Below are positions 22,005 to 37,742 of a stretch of DNA of 64,000 bases, piece after piece. Below the pieces are notes generated by a model. It did no database searches and was not told the origin of the DNA. It saw only the letters and a list, made by a program, of their open reading frames with translations. Origin of the DNA: Geosiphon pyriformis uo1 (lineage: Eukaryota; Fungi; Glomeromycota); assembly GCA_016748015.1 (NCBI GenBank), contig JAAOMT010000128.1:2611538-2675537 (forward strand). The letters are read 5' to 3'. The position numbers and the translations under genes are program-made. Positions within the stretch are counted from its first letter, which is position 1; each line of letters starts with the position of its first letter.

Positions 22005-25000
22005 AAAACTTTGAAAGCTGTAATTCTGTCTCAGATTCCAAATTATTGTTTGCAATGGGTGTAAATCAACTAATAGTATTCTAAAATTGTTATTCCAAAT
22101 ACAGTCATCACTTTGATTTAATCATTCCTATATTATTCTTAAAAAAGTGCCAAATGTTACTGAAGGTTTTTTTACTTTTTTCTTGATGTTATTAATGCTG
22201 TTTATTATTGATTTTGCTATTAATAGAAGTTAGTAAATCTCCAATAAGCTAATTTTTCTTCCAAAATATCTTTTTATACTTAAACTATGTATGCTGTTAA
22301 ATTTATAATAAAATAGCCAATTTTGTACTAATTATTTGTATAATTACTTTACAGTAAAAATCAATTTTTTCCAATAAAATCTTATCTGTAAGTTTTTCAA
22401 AAATATGTGTAGTTACTTTGTTGTAAAAATCAATTTTTTTACAGAAAATTTCAATTGTAAGCTATTTAATAATATAAAAAAAATAAAAATAAAAAAATAA
22501 ATTAAAATAAATTAAAGAAAAAAAATAAAAAAATGTGTTAAAAAAGTTATTTTGGATCCAGATCTAAAAATTACTAATAATTTACTAAAATTAGTAATTA
22601 ATTAATTTTATTTATTTATTAATGTTTTATAAATGCAGTCTAATTATTATTTAATACATAAAATTAAATTAAGTAACTTTAATTAAATGTGATTCATGTG
22701 TTTTTTACATGTGACCAGTTACTTGAACTAATTAAGACCATACTATACATTTATATAAACAAAAATTTTATCATTTAATCAGAAAAAACAAACAAAATCT
22801 ACAATAATTAAAACTAATTGTAAAAACTTTATTAATTTCAAGCAACTAAATTATATTATCAGATAAACAAGATAAAACAGACACAAACAGTTCAAAAATT
22901 ATATTCACATTACTTATTAAACTACTAGTTTCTATATCTGTTTTGAACTCAAATCTAAAAATTTACATCTTTATTCTATAATACTTAATAAGTCTACAAA
23001 CAAAATTAATTACTATTAATATAGTCTTTTTTTTATTATTAAACACAAATATTGTTTCTTCAAACAATTATTTTTGTATTATTTTTTTATATAATTTAGC
23101 ATCTTTTAAAAATATGAAAATATAATTAGAGAACTTTATTTTATTATACAACAAATACAGCACACTAAAATAATATTTATTATAAAGTTTTTTCTTAATA
23201 GCAACTAATAATTTTCTATAAACAGTTTTTATTAAATATATATATAAATTTGCTAAAACTTTGCTTGTAAATCCAAAATATATGTGTAAATCTAGATGTT
23301 ATACTAATGTAATACAGACCTAATAAATACTTTAAACAAACAAATTAACAATAATTTTTATATCAAAACCAGTTTTTTATCAAGCATGGCAAATTAATTT
23401 ATAAATATTATACACAAAATAATAGATATTTCCAAACACAATCTAATTATTAGCCTTAATAAATTTTTCTTAAATGCAATAAAAAAAACCAAATGCAAAT
23501 GAACAGTAATTTTTGTAAGTATATTTGCATGATTATTGCTTATATTACATAAATAATTTTTGACTTTTACTTAATTTACTAAAATATTTTTATTTCTGAT
23601 TAAATTGACAATATAATACTGTTTTATTTAACAATATTCTTAATAATCAGGCTAACATGAACCCAAATTTAAAATACATATATTAATTACTGCTTAACTG
23701 TCTAAATATAAAATCAAAAAGCATGTTAAAGACATATACTCCAAAGCTAAAATAATTATTTGTAACTTAGTCATTGTCAAAAAAACCAAACTTTGTATTT
23801 TTATTCTAATATTCAATATAATATTTGGAAAATAAACTGCTATTTTACAAACCATAAACAGAGAACTATAATCTATTAATAATTCATCTGTATAAGCCAA
23901 AAAGCTTTCAAATCAGATCTCATGTAAATTATTCTGAACAGACAAGAAATTATTTAAAACTAAAACATTATAGAAACAAAAAATAAAAGACATATTTAAA
24001 GACCTGAACCCAAAATTAATTATAAACTTAAAAGTAATTTTAAATTAATAAGGCACTAGATCTTTTGGATTTAATTTTTTCTAATAACAAAATATCTTTT
24101 AATTTATAACTATTCTATGTCTATCCAACAACTTTTTACTAAAAGTTATACTAAAATGTTTTAAAGATTTAATCATATTATAAAAACAAAAGACTTCTAA
24201 AATAACAGATATTAAAAATTTGCCAAAACTACAAAAAACATTAAACAAATTATTAATCAAAGAGATTTTATTGTTCAAAAATTTTTTATTACATTTGCAA
24301 AAAACTTATTAACAAAACTAATTCTTAATTTTACAAAAAACTGCAGTAGATCTATAAACATTTATCACAATATTTGCAAATTCAAAAACATTATTAGTAT
24401 TAGAAAAAACAATTACTAATATAGTTTTTTTTACTATTTGCACTTGTTTAAAAAACTTTAAATCATATAAAAAAGAGTAATACAATAATTTATTGAAAAA
24501 TTTTTTTAGTAGATTGGCTTTGGTTTTAAGCTTTTTTTTATTAAAGTATTTTATTTAACACAAATACTTTTTGAAACAAAACTAAATTGTGTTTAATAAT
24601 TAACTATTAATTATAATACTGTAAACACCAAATAAAAAAATTGCTTATCTAATAAGACTTTTTTAATACTATATTAGCAAAAAGTTTGATATCCAAATAT
24701 ATTTTAATCATATTTGGCTTAGATAAGTTTTTAGTAAACAAATAAATATTCAGATATCTGTAAAATTTGCTTTTTTTTACTATAATAATCAGCATTTTAC
24801 TAATAGAAAAAGATACAATTCTAATTTTTTGATTAATAAGAATAGCCACTATCTTTTTATTATTAATTAAAACAAAAAAAAACTTACTGGCAATATTCAA
24901 AATATATTGCATAAAAACATAATATTTTTTATCTAAATTGTATTATTTACAAAAGCATTTATTGAGAAAAAAAAAGTTTTGTTTGGACTGCTTTTTATTT

Positions 25001-28000
25001 TTTTAGTTTTGGCAACAAACTTAGTATTAAATTAATAGCTGCACAAATATTTATGTTTCTTAATCTTATATAATAAAAAATTATAAAATATCTTTAAAAA
25101 AAAAACAAAAAAAACTTCATTTTAATCCAAACCATTGTGTATTCTGTATTTATCTGAAAGCTCAAAATCTATTATTATTTTGTTAATTCTATCTCTATAC
25201 AAATTGCCAAAAAACTTGATAAATCTTTTATATATTTTTATTTACTTCAAACTTTGCCACAAATAAATTTAATCAACAAAATTATAAGCCTTATACATAT
25301 TTTACAAAACCAGCTATATGTTTTTTTTTCAAAGTATTTTTAATAATAAACATTACTGCATAAACAAAAGTTTGTATAAAAGTATTTTTAAACATAAAGA
25401 AATTGTTTTTACAAAGTATATTAAACTTACTATAAACAAAAAAAATATGATCTAATAAAATTTTTAACAAAATTTTTTTTGCTGTCTTAATTAATACAAT
25501 TGGTCTAATATTTGTTAATATTTCTTTTTAATTATATAGTTAAGAAATCATCAACACCTAAGTTCTTCTCCAAAAAACAAAAACTGACTAAAATTAAGCA
25601 ACTATTTAGCAGATCTAATAAATATCTCAAAATATTATTACTACAATGTTTTTATAGCTTATTTAGAATACTAAAAAAATCAGTAGCTTTGTTATTAAAA
25701 AGACATCTAATTATATATTCTAATTTAGTAATGCTAATTTTATCCATGATTTTAGAAAAAGTCTTATTATTTACATAATTTAGTAATACATACTAGTATA
25801 ATCAGAGATCTAACAAAGTTAACAATACAAGATGCTTTTTAGTTCAACTCTTTATAACATTATTTATTTTATGCTTTATCTTATTTGGCTTTAGAACTAA
25901 CTTATTTCTAACTATCAAATAATTAAGTATTATCTTTTGAAAAGACCATTCTAAAATACTCTAAATCATGTTGTTCTTATCTGTACAAAAACTTTTTATC
26001 TTTTTATTAATAACTTTCTTAATAAATATAGTCTTGATAAAATTCAACTTCTTAAGTTTCAAAATATGATAATTTTTCTTAGTTTTAGATAATTGCTAAA
26101 GAATTTTTTTCAACTTTTCTCTGTACTTAAACAGAGACCACACACTAAAAGCTTTGATGTTGTTAATTCTCAATCATATTTTTATAAGATAACCAAATCT
26201 AAAATTATTATTCAAAAAAAAGTATTAACAATTTTAACAACCAGAATCTTTAATCTAAAAAATTTAAAAAATTGCTTATTTCTTAAAGCATTAAACTTAT
26301 TGTATTAACATTTAGAGAAGATTTTTTTTGCTAATTTTACTATCAATTTTTTTAAAATTTTTTATATTATATTTAAATCATACTAATCTTTTGTGTTTTG
26401 AAAAATACTAAAAACCAAAAACAGATCCAAAAATAAGTATTCTTTAAAGTGTATTTACTTTACTATATTAGCATTTTTTATTTTAAATTTTTAATAATTT
26501 CAATTAGTTTGCTTGTATACAGTGTTCAAATGAATATTCAAAAGACCACTCAAACTTAAAAAAATTAAGATTGTTTTATAATTAGTATTAAAAAACTTGA
26601 ACACATTAGAAACTTCTTGACTAATAATAACTGATACAAGATAATCACTAATAAGAATATAATTAATAGTTCTATTAACATTTTTTGAATTACTTTAAGT
26701 TAAGAACTTTATAATAGATCTTTTAAAAAATAATTTGCATAGATTCAAATCAAAACATTTCTTAAAACTAATATTTTTTTATGTTTTACTCTTATTAAAA
26801 TCATTTTTTAATATTATATAAAAACTATAGTTAACTGCTCTGGCAATAAAAGTATTTAACTTATTGGCCTAACCAAAATACATACCTATTAATACACCAG
26901 TATAGATATTTAAGATTATAACCAAAAACTTGTTACTAAACAAAAAATAAATTAACAAAAAACAACCAAAAATTTTTAACACTTTATATATATACCAAAC
27001 AAATATATTATTTATTATTATTGCTATACTCAAATCCAAATAGCCAAAATTTAGATCTGACACAAAAACCTTCATACCAAAAAACTTATTTTTTTATTTA
27101 ACTAAATTGTTTATATCTCTAATATTACACATAGCTATTTTCTAAACAAAATCACTTATTAAAGCAAAAAATGTGCCAAAAAATCTGAATTAATACACAA
27201 ATAATCTAATTTTACTAGAATTGAATTGATAAATACTTCAAAAGCCATTAATTTTAATTTTAAACTGTTCATTTTAATAGTTAAAACTTTATAACTGCTT
27301 AGATTTAACACCAAAATCTCATTAATTGCCAAAAAAAAAAAAATAACACTTATAAGTTGTTTAAAATCATGTTTGAATTTAATTTTAAATTAAAAACCAA
27401 TAAATTAGCTAAGATTTGAAAGAAAAGAGAAAAAATCAATAGCACCAGATTCATATTATTTAGCCTATACATAATATTAAATACTTAATCAGCCAGCAGT
27501 TTTAAAAAGCATTTCAAAAAGACCAAGCAAACACAAATAGAAAAATTATCTAGCAAAACAAAAAAAGCTTTATTATTACATAGAACACTAGAAAAAAAAG
27601 ACCTAAAACCAAAACTATAGTGTACATTGTTAAAAACAAAAGCCAACAAGACTATCTGAGCTTATAACTTGTTATTAAAAGCAGCAAAACAAGATATAAA
27701 AATGTTTTTCTTAACATATAATTTGACTAGTTAAAGATAATTTTTATTTAATATAAACTTTTTAAATATTTTTAAAAATAAAGAAACAAATATATTAGAG
27801 ACATTATATTCAAAAGCAAAATACTTAAAACACTTACATTTTTTACATCAAATCAGATTCAATTTAACTCAAGAAAATTTTATATTACTTAAAATTAACT
27901 CTGTATAAAAAGCAAATTCTAATTTATTTTCTGTTTCAAAACCAAATACAATATAGTATGTTTTATTGTTAGTTGTAAATAAACAATTTATAACACAAGT

Positions 28001-29680
28001 TTTTTTACCAGCTCTTTCCAATAAAACACCAAAATTATGAACAGTTGTTCCTATTGATAAAGTAAACAAAAGTGCTCTAGACTAATTTTTTGACATTTAT
28101 ATATTATAATTTCTAATAGATTTGGTCATATGCACTGAATTTTTTCTAATTAAGAATAATTATTTTGATGTCAACTAATTAGTCTGACTTAATTTGACAA
28201 ATTTCATTACAACTTTCTGTTATAGACTAATTAATTGTAATTAAATTAATGCAATTTGTTTAAACTTGATTACTACAACAATAATTATCTCTTTTAACAT
28301 ATCCATAAGAATTTTTTTAATTATCACAGTTTAATCTAATCATATTTTTTGTTTTTTGAGATTGTTGTTTATCTTAATGTCTTTTTTTTCAGCTAATAAT
28401 ACAGTTTTATTCATGCTTTTTTTTGATGTAAACATGAATTTAATAATTTTATCAAATTTTGAGAGAGTAATAATCTTTTTAAAACCATTAATTACTGAAA
28501 AAATTTTTTTAATCATCTGAGTTTTTGTCATTGCTGATTTGTTTTCTATAGCTAAAAAATTAATGTTCAATACAAAAAATTTCTTAACAAATATCTTTAC
28601 TTAAGTTTTAGTAATTTTTAAATTAATTTATTTTCTATTTAAAAACATTAAAAGATAAAAAGAAAGCAAAACTTTATTATTATTTGAACTGTATCCTAAT
28701 GTTTTAATAGAAGAGCCAATTATTTTACTAATATTAATTTTTTTGGCTTTTAGGGTATTTATATTTAAGTTAAAGTAGTTCTCATTCTTATTACTAACTT
28801 TATAATCAATATTATTATTAACAGAAAAAACTGCTAGCATTTCTTTAGCTGTATTTATTCTACTAAACTGCCCAATTACTTGCTTAATTTTTTCAAATTT
28901 CATATCTATTTTATATTTTAAATTCTTAACATTATTCAAAGACACTTTTTAATATTGAATCAGACTTTTACTAACCAAACTTAAAGCCAAAACTCTTGTT
29001 AATCTTCTTTTAAGCACAGAATTATTTATAATAATAGTTAATTTAACAACAAAAAGATTTGTTTCTTGAAAAATAATAAAATATATTGTAATAGACACTG
29101 AAAAAAACTTTTTTTAAAATTTAGAACAAAAAAAAGAAAAAATTTTTTTTTCTAATTAATTTCAAAATATTAATATAAAATAATTAATTTTAAAACAATA
29201 ATAATTAAAAATTTTATGTTTTTTAAGTAAGTTTTATTAGAATTAATTTGTAAAAAAAAATTTTCTAAGAAAAGATATTTGGTAGATAATAATTTTAAAT
29301 TAAAATATATTTTTTTAAAGAAAAAACTTTTTTTTATTCTATGATCTAACACTTTTTTTTTCTAATATTTGGGTAAACTAAAGATATATTTTATTAAACT
29401 ACAAGTTATTTTTGTAAACTATAGATTATTTTGATAAATATTTTATTTAATTATTAAATATTTTGACAAATTCTAAATGTTATATAGTTTGGTATATTAT
29501 ATAATCTAATTATTTAATTTGGTTATATTTGTATTTTGTACAAATTAAATTAATTGAATAATAACTCAAATAATTTAATAAGATAATAAATAATAAATTA
29601 AAAAATTATATATTAATTAATAATAGAAATTATAAAAATAATTTTATGCTAATTAATATCTTAAATTTCGATTAGTAATA
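22005..29680 (-). mobile_element. Ty3/gypsy family A 5' fragment (LTR, leader and start of gag), split by a LINE at 22609-29152
   Basis: 22005-22608 and 29153-29680 align colinearly with ~53710-54821. The right end ...tagtaata matches ...taataaca at 54821. Confidence 0.75.
22609..29152 (-). mobile_element. Near full-length degenerate LINE (ORF1; ORF2 with APE endonuclease, RT and RNase H)
   Basis: A-rich 3' tail at ~22609-22620 and a 3' UTR homologous to 44680-44850. Remnants include the RNase H YTD.L motif (23694-23900) and endonuclease (26869-27075), and it is homologous to the plus-strand copy at 38450-43750. Flanked by the 10-bp TSD taattaattt (22599-22608 and 29153-29162). Confidence 0.8.
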
Positions 29681-29699
29681 CTATTTAAGTCTAATATTA

Positions 29700-31255
29700 T
29701 TATTAATAATATCAAATTTTTTGAAGTTAAGATATAAATTAAAATAGTAAAAAGCTTAGATTATAATAATTGTTTTCAATTTTGTAGTAAAATAATTTTA
29801 TTTTGTTAGTTTTAATATTCTATTAATATAAGTAATTATTTTTTTATTGTTATTGTTATTTAATTGAAATAAAATAACAATAAAAACTGTATATAAAATA
29901 TTAGTAACTAGTTAAAATTTTTTATTAAAATCTAAATAAGTCAAGATTAATGTAGTTGTTAATTTTTTTTAAAAATATTAAAAATATTTTGTTGTTTTAA
30001 AATTTATTGGTATTTAATATTTTTGTTAATTAGATAATTAAGTGGTTTGACAATTTCTGAAAATTTTTTAATAAAATTTTTATAATAAGATATTAATTTT
30101 GTAAAATTTTTTTAATTTGATAATATTTTAAGAAATTTTAAAATTCTTGATATATTAATTTTTAATTTCATTTTTATTAATAATATAATCAAGAAAAACC
30201 AAACTTGTTTTTTTGAAGTAATATTTTTTAATGTTTAATTTTAATTTTGTTTTTTACAATTATTAAAAAACTTTTTATAAATAAACTAAATAAGTTTTAA
30301 AAGATAGCAAATAAATATTAGTGTTATTAAAATAAACGATTATTAATTTTTATAAAAATTTAGCATAAATAACTTTTATAAAAATTTAGCATAAATAATA
30401 TTCATAAATTATTAAAATATTATTGATGTATTACATAATTCAAAAAATATTATAATTTTTTTCTTAAATTATAAAAACTGTTTTTAAAAAGTTTTTAAAA
30501 TCTATTATAACTTTTTAATATTTATTTTTAAATCTAATATTAAAAAATATTTAAACTTTTTAATATTAAACCAAATTAGTTTTTTTAAAATCATTGTTGT
30601 TTTTGATAAACATGTTTATATATTTTGTAATAAGCTATTTAAGTTGTTTTTGTTGCTGTGGTTTTAATTGTTTTATGTTAATTCGAGATAACTTTTTAAT
30701 AACATAATAATTTTTAGTAGTAAAAATTAAATTAAATTTTAGAAATAAATATTCAATAATTGCTGTAAAATTTAAAACTTTTTATAATAATTCTTGTTAA
30801 AAAATATTACTATAAATAATTCTGATTTTAAATTGTTTAATTAATATAATAAAACAGTTGTTAAAATTGTAAAAATAATATTGAATTTTTTAATTCTTTT
30901 AAACAAATAAAAATTATAAATTATTTAATTAAACCAAATTTTTGGGTTTTTTTATTTTTGTTAAGTTTATTTCGATTATTAACTAATTGCAATCTTAAAA
31001 TATTTATTAAAAATAAAAAAAACTTCTTTTTTTTTTATGTTTCAAATTCTCTAAAGAACATATTTTTTCAGAAAAAAAGTTTTTTTTATTTTTTTTGTTA
31101 TATTTTTTTAATATTTCTTTAACTAATAACTCTTTTGTTATGAAATTAAAAACTGCTTCAAGTAGTAGTATGTCTAAAAAAAAGCATTTAAAGAGACTTT
31201 TTATGATTCTGTTGGTGGCTTTTTTTTTCAAAAAAAGAAGATTATTCTCAATAAT
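29700..31255 (-). mobile_element. Highly degenerate Ty3/gypsy pol (RT/RNase H) fragment
   Basis: Colinear similarity of ~30050-30700 with the RT regions at 48000-48700 and 60700-61400. Confidence 0.55.
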
Positions 31256-31259
31256 ATTT

Positions 31260-31925
31260 TTATGAGTTGGAGTAATAAACTAACAAATAACAAAAAAGAA
31301 AAAATTATATAGTGATAAAATATATTAAAAAAAATTTAACTTCAAAAAGTGAAATAAATAAGTATAAATTTAATATACAAGATCAGTCTCATAAAATATT
31401 TTAGTTACTATTCTTTTCAAAGAATAACCAAAAAATCTGAAGATAGAAAAATAGTCTATACTATTAACAAATAATAAAACACTAATATAATTCTATGTCT
31501 TATATTAGCACTTTTAAAATTTAATATCAGGTATTAAATATACTTTTCAATCATGTTTTATTCAATAATCTTCAAATGTTACAATTATATAAGTCAAAAA
31601 AAAAAATAAGTAAATACCAACAAATAATTTTTTATTTTAAGATCTTCAAATACTTAAAAATAAGCAATATAAGAAGAATTGAGATAATAGTTGTTATTTT
31701 ATTTCTTTTATTTCTTATATTTGATTATGTTATTTTACAGTTAAGAGATTTATTGTTTATATAGTTATTGAAAGTAGTCAATAACCAAATCAATAATCAG
31801 ATTAATAATTAAGTTATTGATTAAGTCAAAAATTATTATTTAAAAATAGAATGGCTAATTATATAATATTAATAGTTAATATATGCAATAATTAATAAAA
31901 ATTATGAATTTTAACTATAATATTA
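31260..31925 (-). repeat. 3' LTR, family B
   Basis: ~670-bp direct repeat of 37743-38432. The differences are almost all transitions. Confidence 0.85.
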
Positions 31926-34900
31926 TTCTTTTTAAAAAGATTAAGCTCTGGCAAAATTAAACTATTTATGAAATAATCTAATTAAAAGATTTTATCTAAC
32001 TCATAACTAGTTTGTTGAAGTTTTTTGTGAATAAAATATATAATACCTAAAATAAAATAAGGTTTGTATTCAAAAGATCAAATTTTTATATAAAAGTTCT
32101 GGCTCTTTTAGCAATAATTAAAATTCTTGGGACATCTAATTGCATAATGTCCAAAATTTTTACTTGTATCTCTAAAATTGTTTTCTTTATAAGTTTTATG
32201 TCTTCTATAATTTTATCAAGATGATTATAGAGCTTTAGTTGTCTTCTATATAATAAGTTTTTGTCTATGAACAAGATTTTTTTAATTGTTTTTCCAATTG
32301 TAATGGAAGATATAAGTATTGCTGCTGTTATGCTTTTTAGCAAATACTTATCTATTTTGTTACTAATTCTTTCTCTTTTAGTAGTGGCTCTTTTTAGTCT
32401 AATAATAGTATAAGTTCTACTGTTATCAATTATAATGATCTGTTTTTTAATGATCAAAATAGTATTTGAATAATTTTTAATCCAATATTTATAAAAAGTA
32501 TTTTGAATATTTTAATTTAGGAAATAATTGTTTATATTGATTGAAAATATCTTTGTTTTGAGAATAATGCATTTATTTATATCTGATTTTTACTAATTAT
32601 TTGGATTAGTATTATTACAACAGATACCAATTAAGTTATTTGTAATATTTCTTAAATTGCATACTATAAATAAAATAATTATTAAAAATTGTTCCATATT
32701 GATCTTATAAAATATAAGAACTATTATTCAAAACTTGGTTGATTATAAAAAGTTTTTTTTATCAATTAAAGAATTTATTATTATAGACATTGTTTCTGTC
32801 TGAATGGTATTCTAAAACTAAGTTATCAATATTTAAAGAAAATATTTTATAGATCTTTTTCTTTTTAAGCTTTTTTTAAAACTGTTTTATTTTTTTAAAA
32901 ACAATTATTTGTGCTTTTACCAACAAGTTAAAAATAGTATCAAGTTTTTTTTGTAAAATGTTTTTATAATTTTCTATTGTAATTTTTTCAAAGAATATTG
33001 TTTTAATGTTAATTTTTATTAGTAGTGTTGTTATTTGTCTATAGAGCAGATAAAAAAGTTTGTGACATATTTCTATTTTTTTACAAAGTTTTTCAATTAA
33101 TGTATTAAGAAAAGTTTTTTCTTTATTAAATAAAAGTTTTTTAAGACAATCATGACAACAAATAATATTTTTATAAATAAAATTGGCAATAGAGACTGTT
33201 ATTTAATTTGGAGTAACTTTTGCTTTTATTTACTTTGTAAAATAATTAATAGCTGTAATAATATATCTGTTGTTATTTGGAGTTATTGTTAAAAATCCAA
33301 CAATATTTATATTAATTTTGTTAAAGAATTGGCCAATAATAATTGGATGAGTATCTTCTTTTTGATTGGGTTTTTTTCTTTTTTGGCAGATATTATAGGT
33401 TTTAATATATTTAACAATGTCTTTTTTCAAAGTAAGCCAATAATAGTGAGCTAGAGTTTTCTGAATATTTTTAGTCTTTTTAAAGTGTTTAGCTAAAAAA
33501 TCAGTATACATGTTGTAGATTACAATTTTTTATTTTTTAAATCTGATGACTTTCTAAGGATAATTAGAATTTTTTTTATTTCTTTTGTAGAATTGGTTTT
33601 GACAAATCAAATAAAAATTTAATTGTTTTTGCAAATGTTTTTTTTATTATTGAGTATAGTCTGATAAGTATTGTCTTTTATTCAAAAATTTTATTAAAAC
33701 AGAGTAATTGTTTAAGTTCATAATTATATTTGTTTTAAAAAGAAGTTACTAATAATTAAGTTGGTTTGGTTTAAAAAGATTGTATTATCATTTGATAGTA
33801 AGTTTAGAGAAAACATCAACATTTTGATAGTAAGCTCTTTTACAATATTGTATATTATAATCAAATTCATTTAGATGAAGTATTTAGCAAATTATTTATT
33901 TGTATTTCAGCTTTTTTTTTATATAGCTAAATCAAAGCTTGATAATCTATTACTACCAAAAATTTGGCACTAAGAAGATATTTATTCTAATAATTGGTAA
34001 CTTATACTACTGCTAGATATTTCTGTTTAATAATTGAGTAGTTTTATTCTGTTGAGGAAAGTGGTTGGTTGGCATAAGCTATAATATGCTCTTTATTATT
34101 TTTATTTTTTTGGGAGAAAACAGCACCAAATTTAAAGCCAAATGTATTAATATGAAGGATAAAAAGTTGGTTTAGATTAGATTATATAAGAATTGGTTCA
34201 ATAATTAGTTTTTTTTTAAGGTTTCAAAAACTTTTTGTTGATGTATGCTTCAGTAATAATTGAGAGTTTTTTTGAATAATTAATTAAGATAAAACAAAGT
34301 TTTTTTTGATTGATTCAAATACTTTATCTATAAAACATTAAAAGATAAAAAGAGTATTGATGAAACCAAAAGACATAACTGTAAATTTATATGTATCATA
34401 TTTGGTAATAAAAACAGTTTTTTTTCTGCTTTCTAGATCCATCTTTACTTGTCAAAATCTAGCAGTTAGATTAATAGTTAAGAAAAAAACAGCACTATTG
34501 AATTGATTTAATATTGCATTAATCTTAAAAATATGTATATATCTCTTTTAGTAATGGTATTTAATTGGCAGTAGTTGACACAAAAGCATAGAATTCTATT
34601 TTTTTTGGATATTACTACAACTAAAAAAGCCCATTTGCTCTTGGTTTTTTGTATAAATCTAAGATTTTTCATCCAGTTTATTTTTTTTTGATAAATTTGT
34701 TATTGTATTAATTGAATTAATAAGACTTTAAATAGATAGAATAAGTTTTTTTAATAGTAATAATATGTTGTATTACATAAATATATCTAGAAATATTATC
34801 TTCTTTTGAAATAACTAGGCTGTTTTTAACTAACAAATATTTAATTTTTCTTTTTTTTTCTTTTAAAAAGATTTTTTTTTGTTCTATAACTAGTGATTAA

Positions 34901-37742
34901 ATTTTAGGTGATTTATTTTCAAAAAAATTTTGTATTTTTTATTTTTTCTCTTGGTATTAAGCTGATTAGTTTTTAATCTTTGTAATAGATTAAGCAAGAC
35001 TTGTATTTATTATTAGAAGAATTCAATAGTTTATTGCATTAGCAATAGACATAAGAATTATATTACTAATAACTGTATTTGGCTTTTTTGCCAGACTTTT
35101 TGTCAAAGATTTTTTTAAAGATATTATAGTAAAACCAGCAGATTAGTTTGTAATTTATAATGATTTCTTTTTTGTCAGCTTTAATATTGTCTAGTAACTT
35201 GTTATTGTTGATAAAAATAATATAAACAAGTTTGACAGTTTTTTTTTGTTTTTTTTCATTACTTTTTTCATTATTTGATTTATCTGATTGTTTTTTTCTG
35301 GGCTTTGCTTGTGTACTAAAGAAGTTGTTTAATAATAACACTTAACTATAATAGACTTTTTACCATATTTAATAGTTAATTTACATAATTTATAATCAAA
35401 TAAAGCTTTGGTTTTTTTAAGCCATTTATTGCCAATAATTATAGTATATTTCTTGGTTTTAGATACTTTCTTATTAGTTTTAATGCTAATACTATTAATG
35501 TGAATAGGAACAGCTTTGACAATACCCAGATTTTTTTTTTATCTCTATGTACATTAGTCATAGAACAAATTAAAGATTCATCAATTTTTTTACCAATAGC
35601 TTCAAAGAAATATTTGGCAATAATATTAACAAATAATTTACTATCTAGAATCAGATCAATAAAATAACTAGCCATTTGGGCTTTGTAAATTAAAAAAATA
35701 ACATTGCTATTGTTAATAAATCTAGTTTGATAAAAGCATTTGATGATTTTTGGTGTTTTTTTTTTGAAATTAAGGATTGTAAATTTTTTTTTTAAACTGT
35801 AAATAGGTTATTAATTAGCCAAAAGTAATATGTATAAAAGTTTCCATAAGATTTTTGACAACAGAATAGAATTCAAATTTTTGTATAATTTTTGGGGATT
35901 TTAATTTTAGAGAATTTTTAAAAACTTTAGTTTTTAATGATTTATTGTTATTGATAATTAATATAGAAGCTTTATTAAAATCTAAGACAAAATTAATCTT
36001 GACTTTTATTTTATTTTTTGTTAAATCAGAAAGATTGATTGTCAGTTTATTTATATTATGATTATTATCAATTAGATTAAAAGGATAAAAAAGATTTTTT
36101 TTTAATTGGCTTGTATTTTCATTTTTTGGAAATATACCTATTAGTTTAAAAACTAATAAACAGTGACTTTAACTAAAAAATTTTTTCTAAAAAAATTAAT
36201 GTTAACATAATTAAGTCTTTAATTAAGAATATTATTGTTATTAAGTCTGTTATTTTAAGTATTATTGTTTCTAAAAGCTAAAAAAGAAAATGAAAAATTA
36301 TTACAATTTCTTGAAAAATGTTTAGTTAATTCATAATAATAGCATACAAGTAAACCATAATTTTGCTGTCTTTAATAAAAAAATTACTAAAACTAATTAA
36401 AGTATAATTCAAATCTGAATTTTTGTTGTTGTTAATTATCTTTAACTGCTTATGCCAAAAACTTTAATAGTCAGACAAAATTAACTGTAAATCTGTTTAT
36501 TAATTGTTCATTTAAATCTTAAGTCTAAGTAACAAAAAAAGTAATAGCCATTTGAAAAGCAGAAGCCAAAATAAAAGCAGAAGCAAAAACTGGTAAAGTG
36601 AATTTCAGATGTATTTTTTGATTGTTTTCTATTTTCTGAACAAGTTTAATAGTCATATTCATTATGAAATTATCTTTTAGAGCCAAAAGAGGCCAAAAAA
36701 CATATGAAAAATCAGTTTCTAATTCTTTTGTAAAAAAATAAATTTTTTGTTCTTCTGTTTAATTTTTTCTAAAGTTTACTTACTTGATTAATTTTCTGAT
36801 TGCTTTAACATATTCAATTACAATTTTACCAGAATTTTAAATTTTTTTTTAGTTATATATATTATTTAAAAATTAAAATAAGAGTTTTGAATTTGTTTTT
36901 AAACCAAATAATAAAGAAGATATTGTCTTTTTTAATATTTACTGGTGTCTATTTAATAATTCTTTGCTGAACATTAGTATTGGTTTTTTGTAAAAACCAA
37001 GTAGCAAAAAAGTCTTAAAGATATCTATCAACAATTTGAAACTTGTAATTAGCATCATATTAGTTGGCTGTGACTGTTTTTTCAAAGTTGTCTAATTATT
37101 TAATTGAATCTTATATATTACTTCTGAATAATGGTAGTAAAATATTGTTTCTTTGCCTTAAAACAGTTTGTATATCTTAAAAGGCAGCCAAAATGTTTGT
37201 TTGTATGGAGTCAACAGCCATTGGTTTAAAAGCAGCTGTTTGTATAGAATGATCTAATTCATTTGAAAAGAAATTAAAAATAGAAACAGTTTAATAATTT
37301 TTTTTTCTGTTTTAAAAAGAGTTTTAGCTAACTAATAGACAGCAATCCAAATATAAACTTAGTAATTTAGATATTCAAAATCAAGGAGTTGTTATTCAAA
37401 AATTGTTGAGTATAAGAGCTAATTGATATTGTTGTTTTTTTTTTCAAGAGCTTCTTTAAAGTAAACTTAATTAAAGAAATAGATTGTATAGGCTATATAA
37501 ATTTTAGCTAAATGTTTATTTAGGAACCAATTCCAAAAATCTTGGAATTGTTTATTGAATTGTTTTTTAATAAAAAAACAAATTAAACAGAAGAACAAAG
37601 AATTGAGTTCAATAAAATCTAGATTATTTCTGTTGTGTGCTGTAAAATATTCTTCTAATTGTTATAGCAGGTATAAATAATCACTCATATAATAAAAATA
37701 AAGTAAATTTTGACAACCTTACAAAAAACATTACTTTTATAT

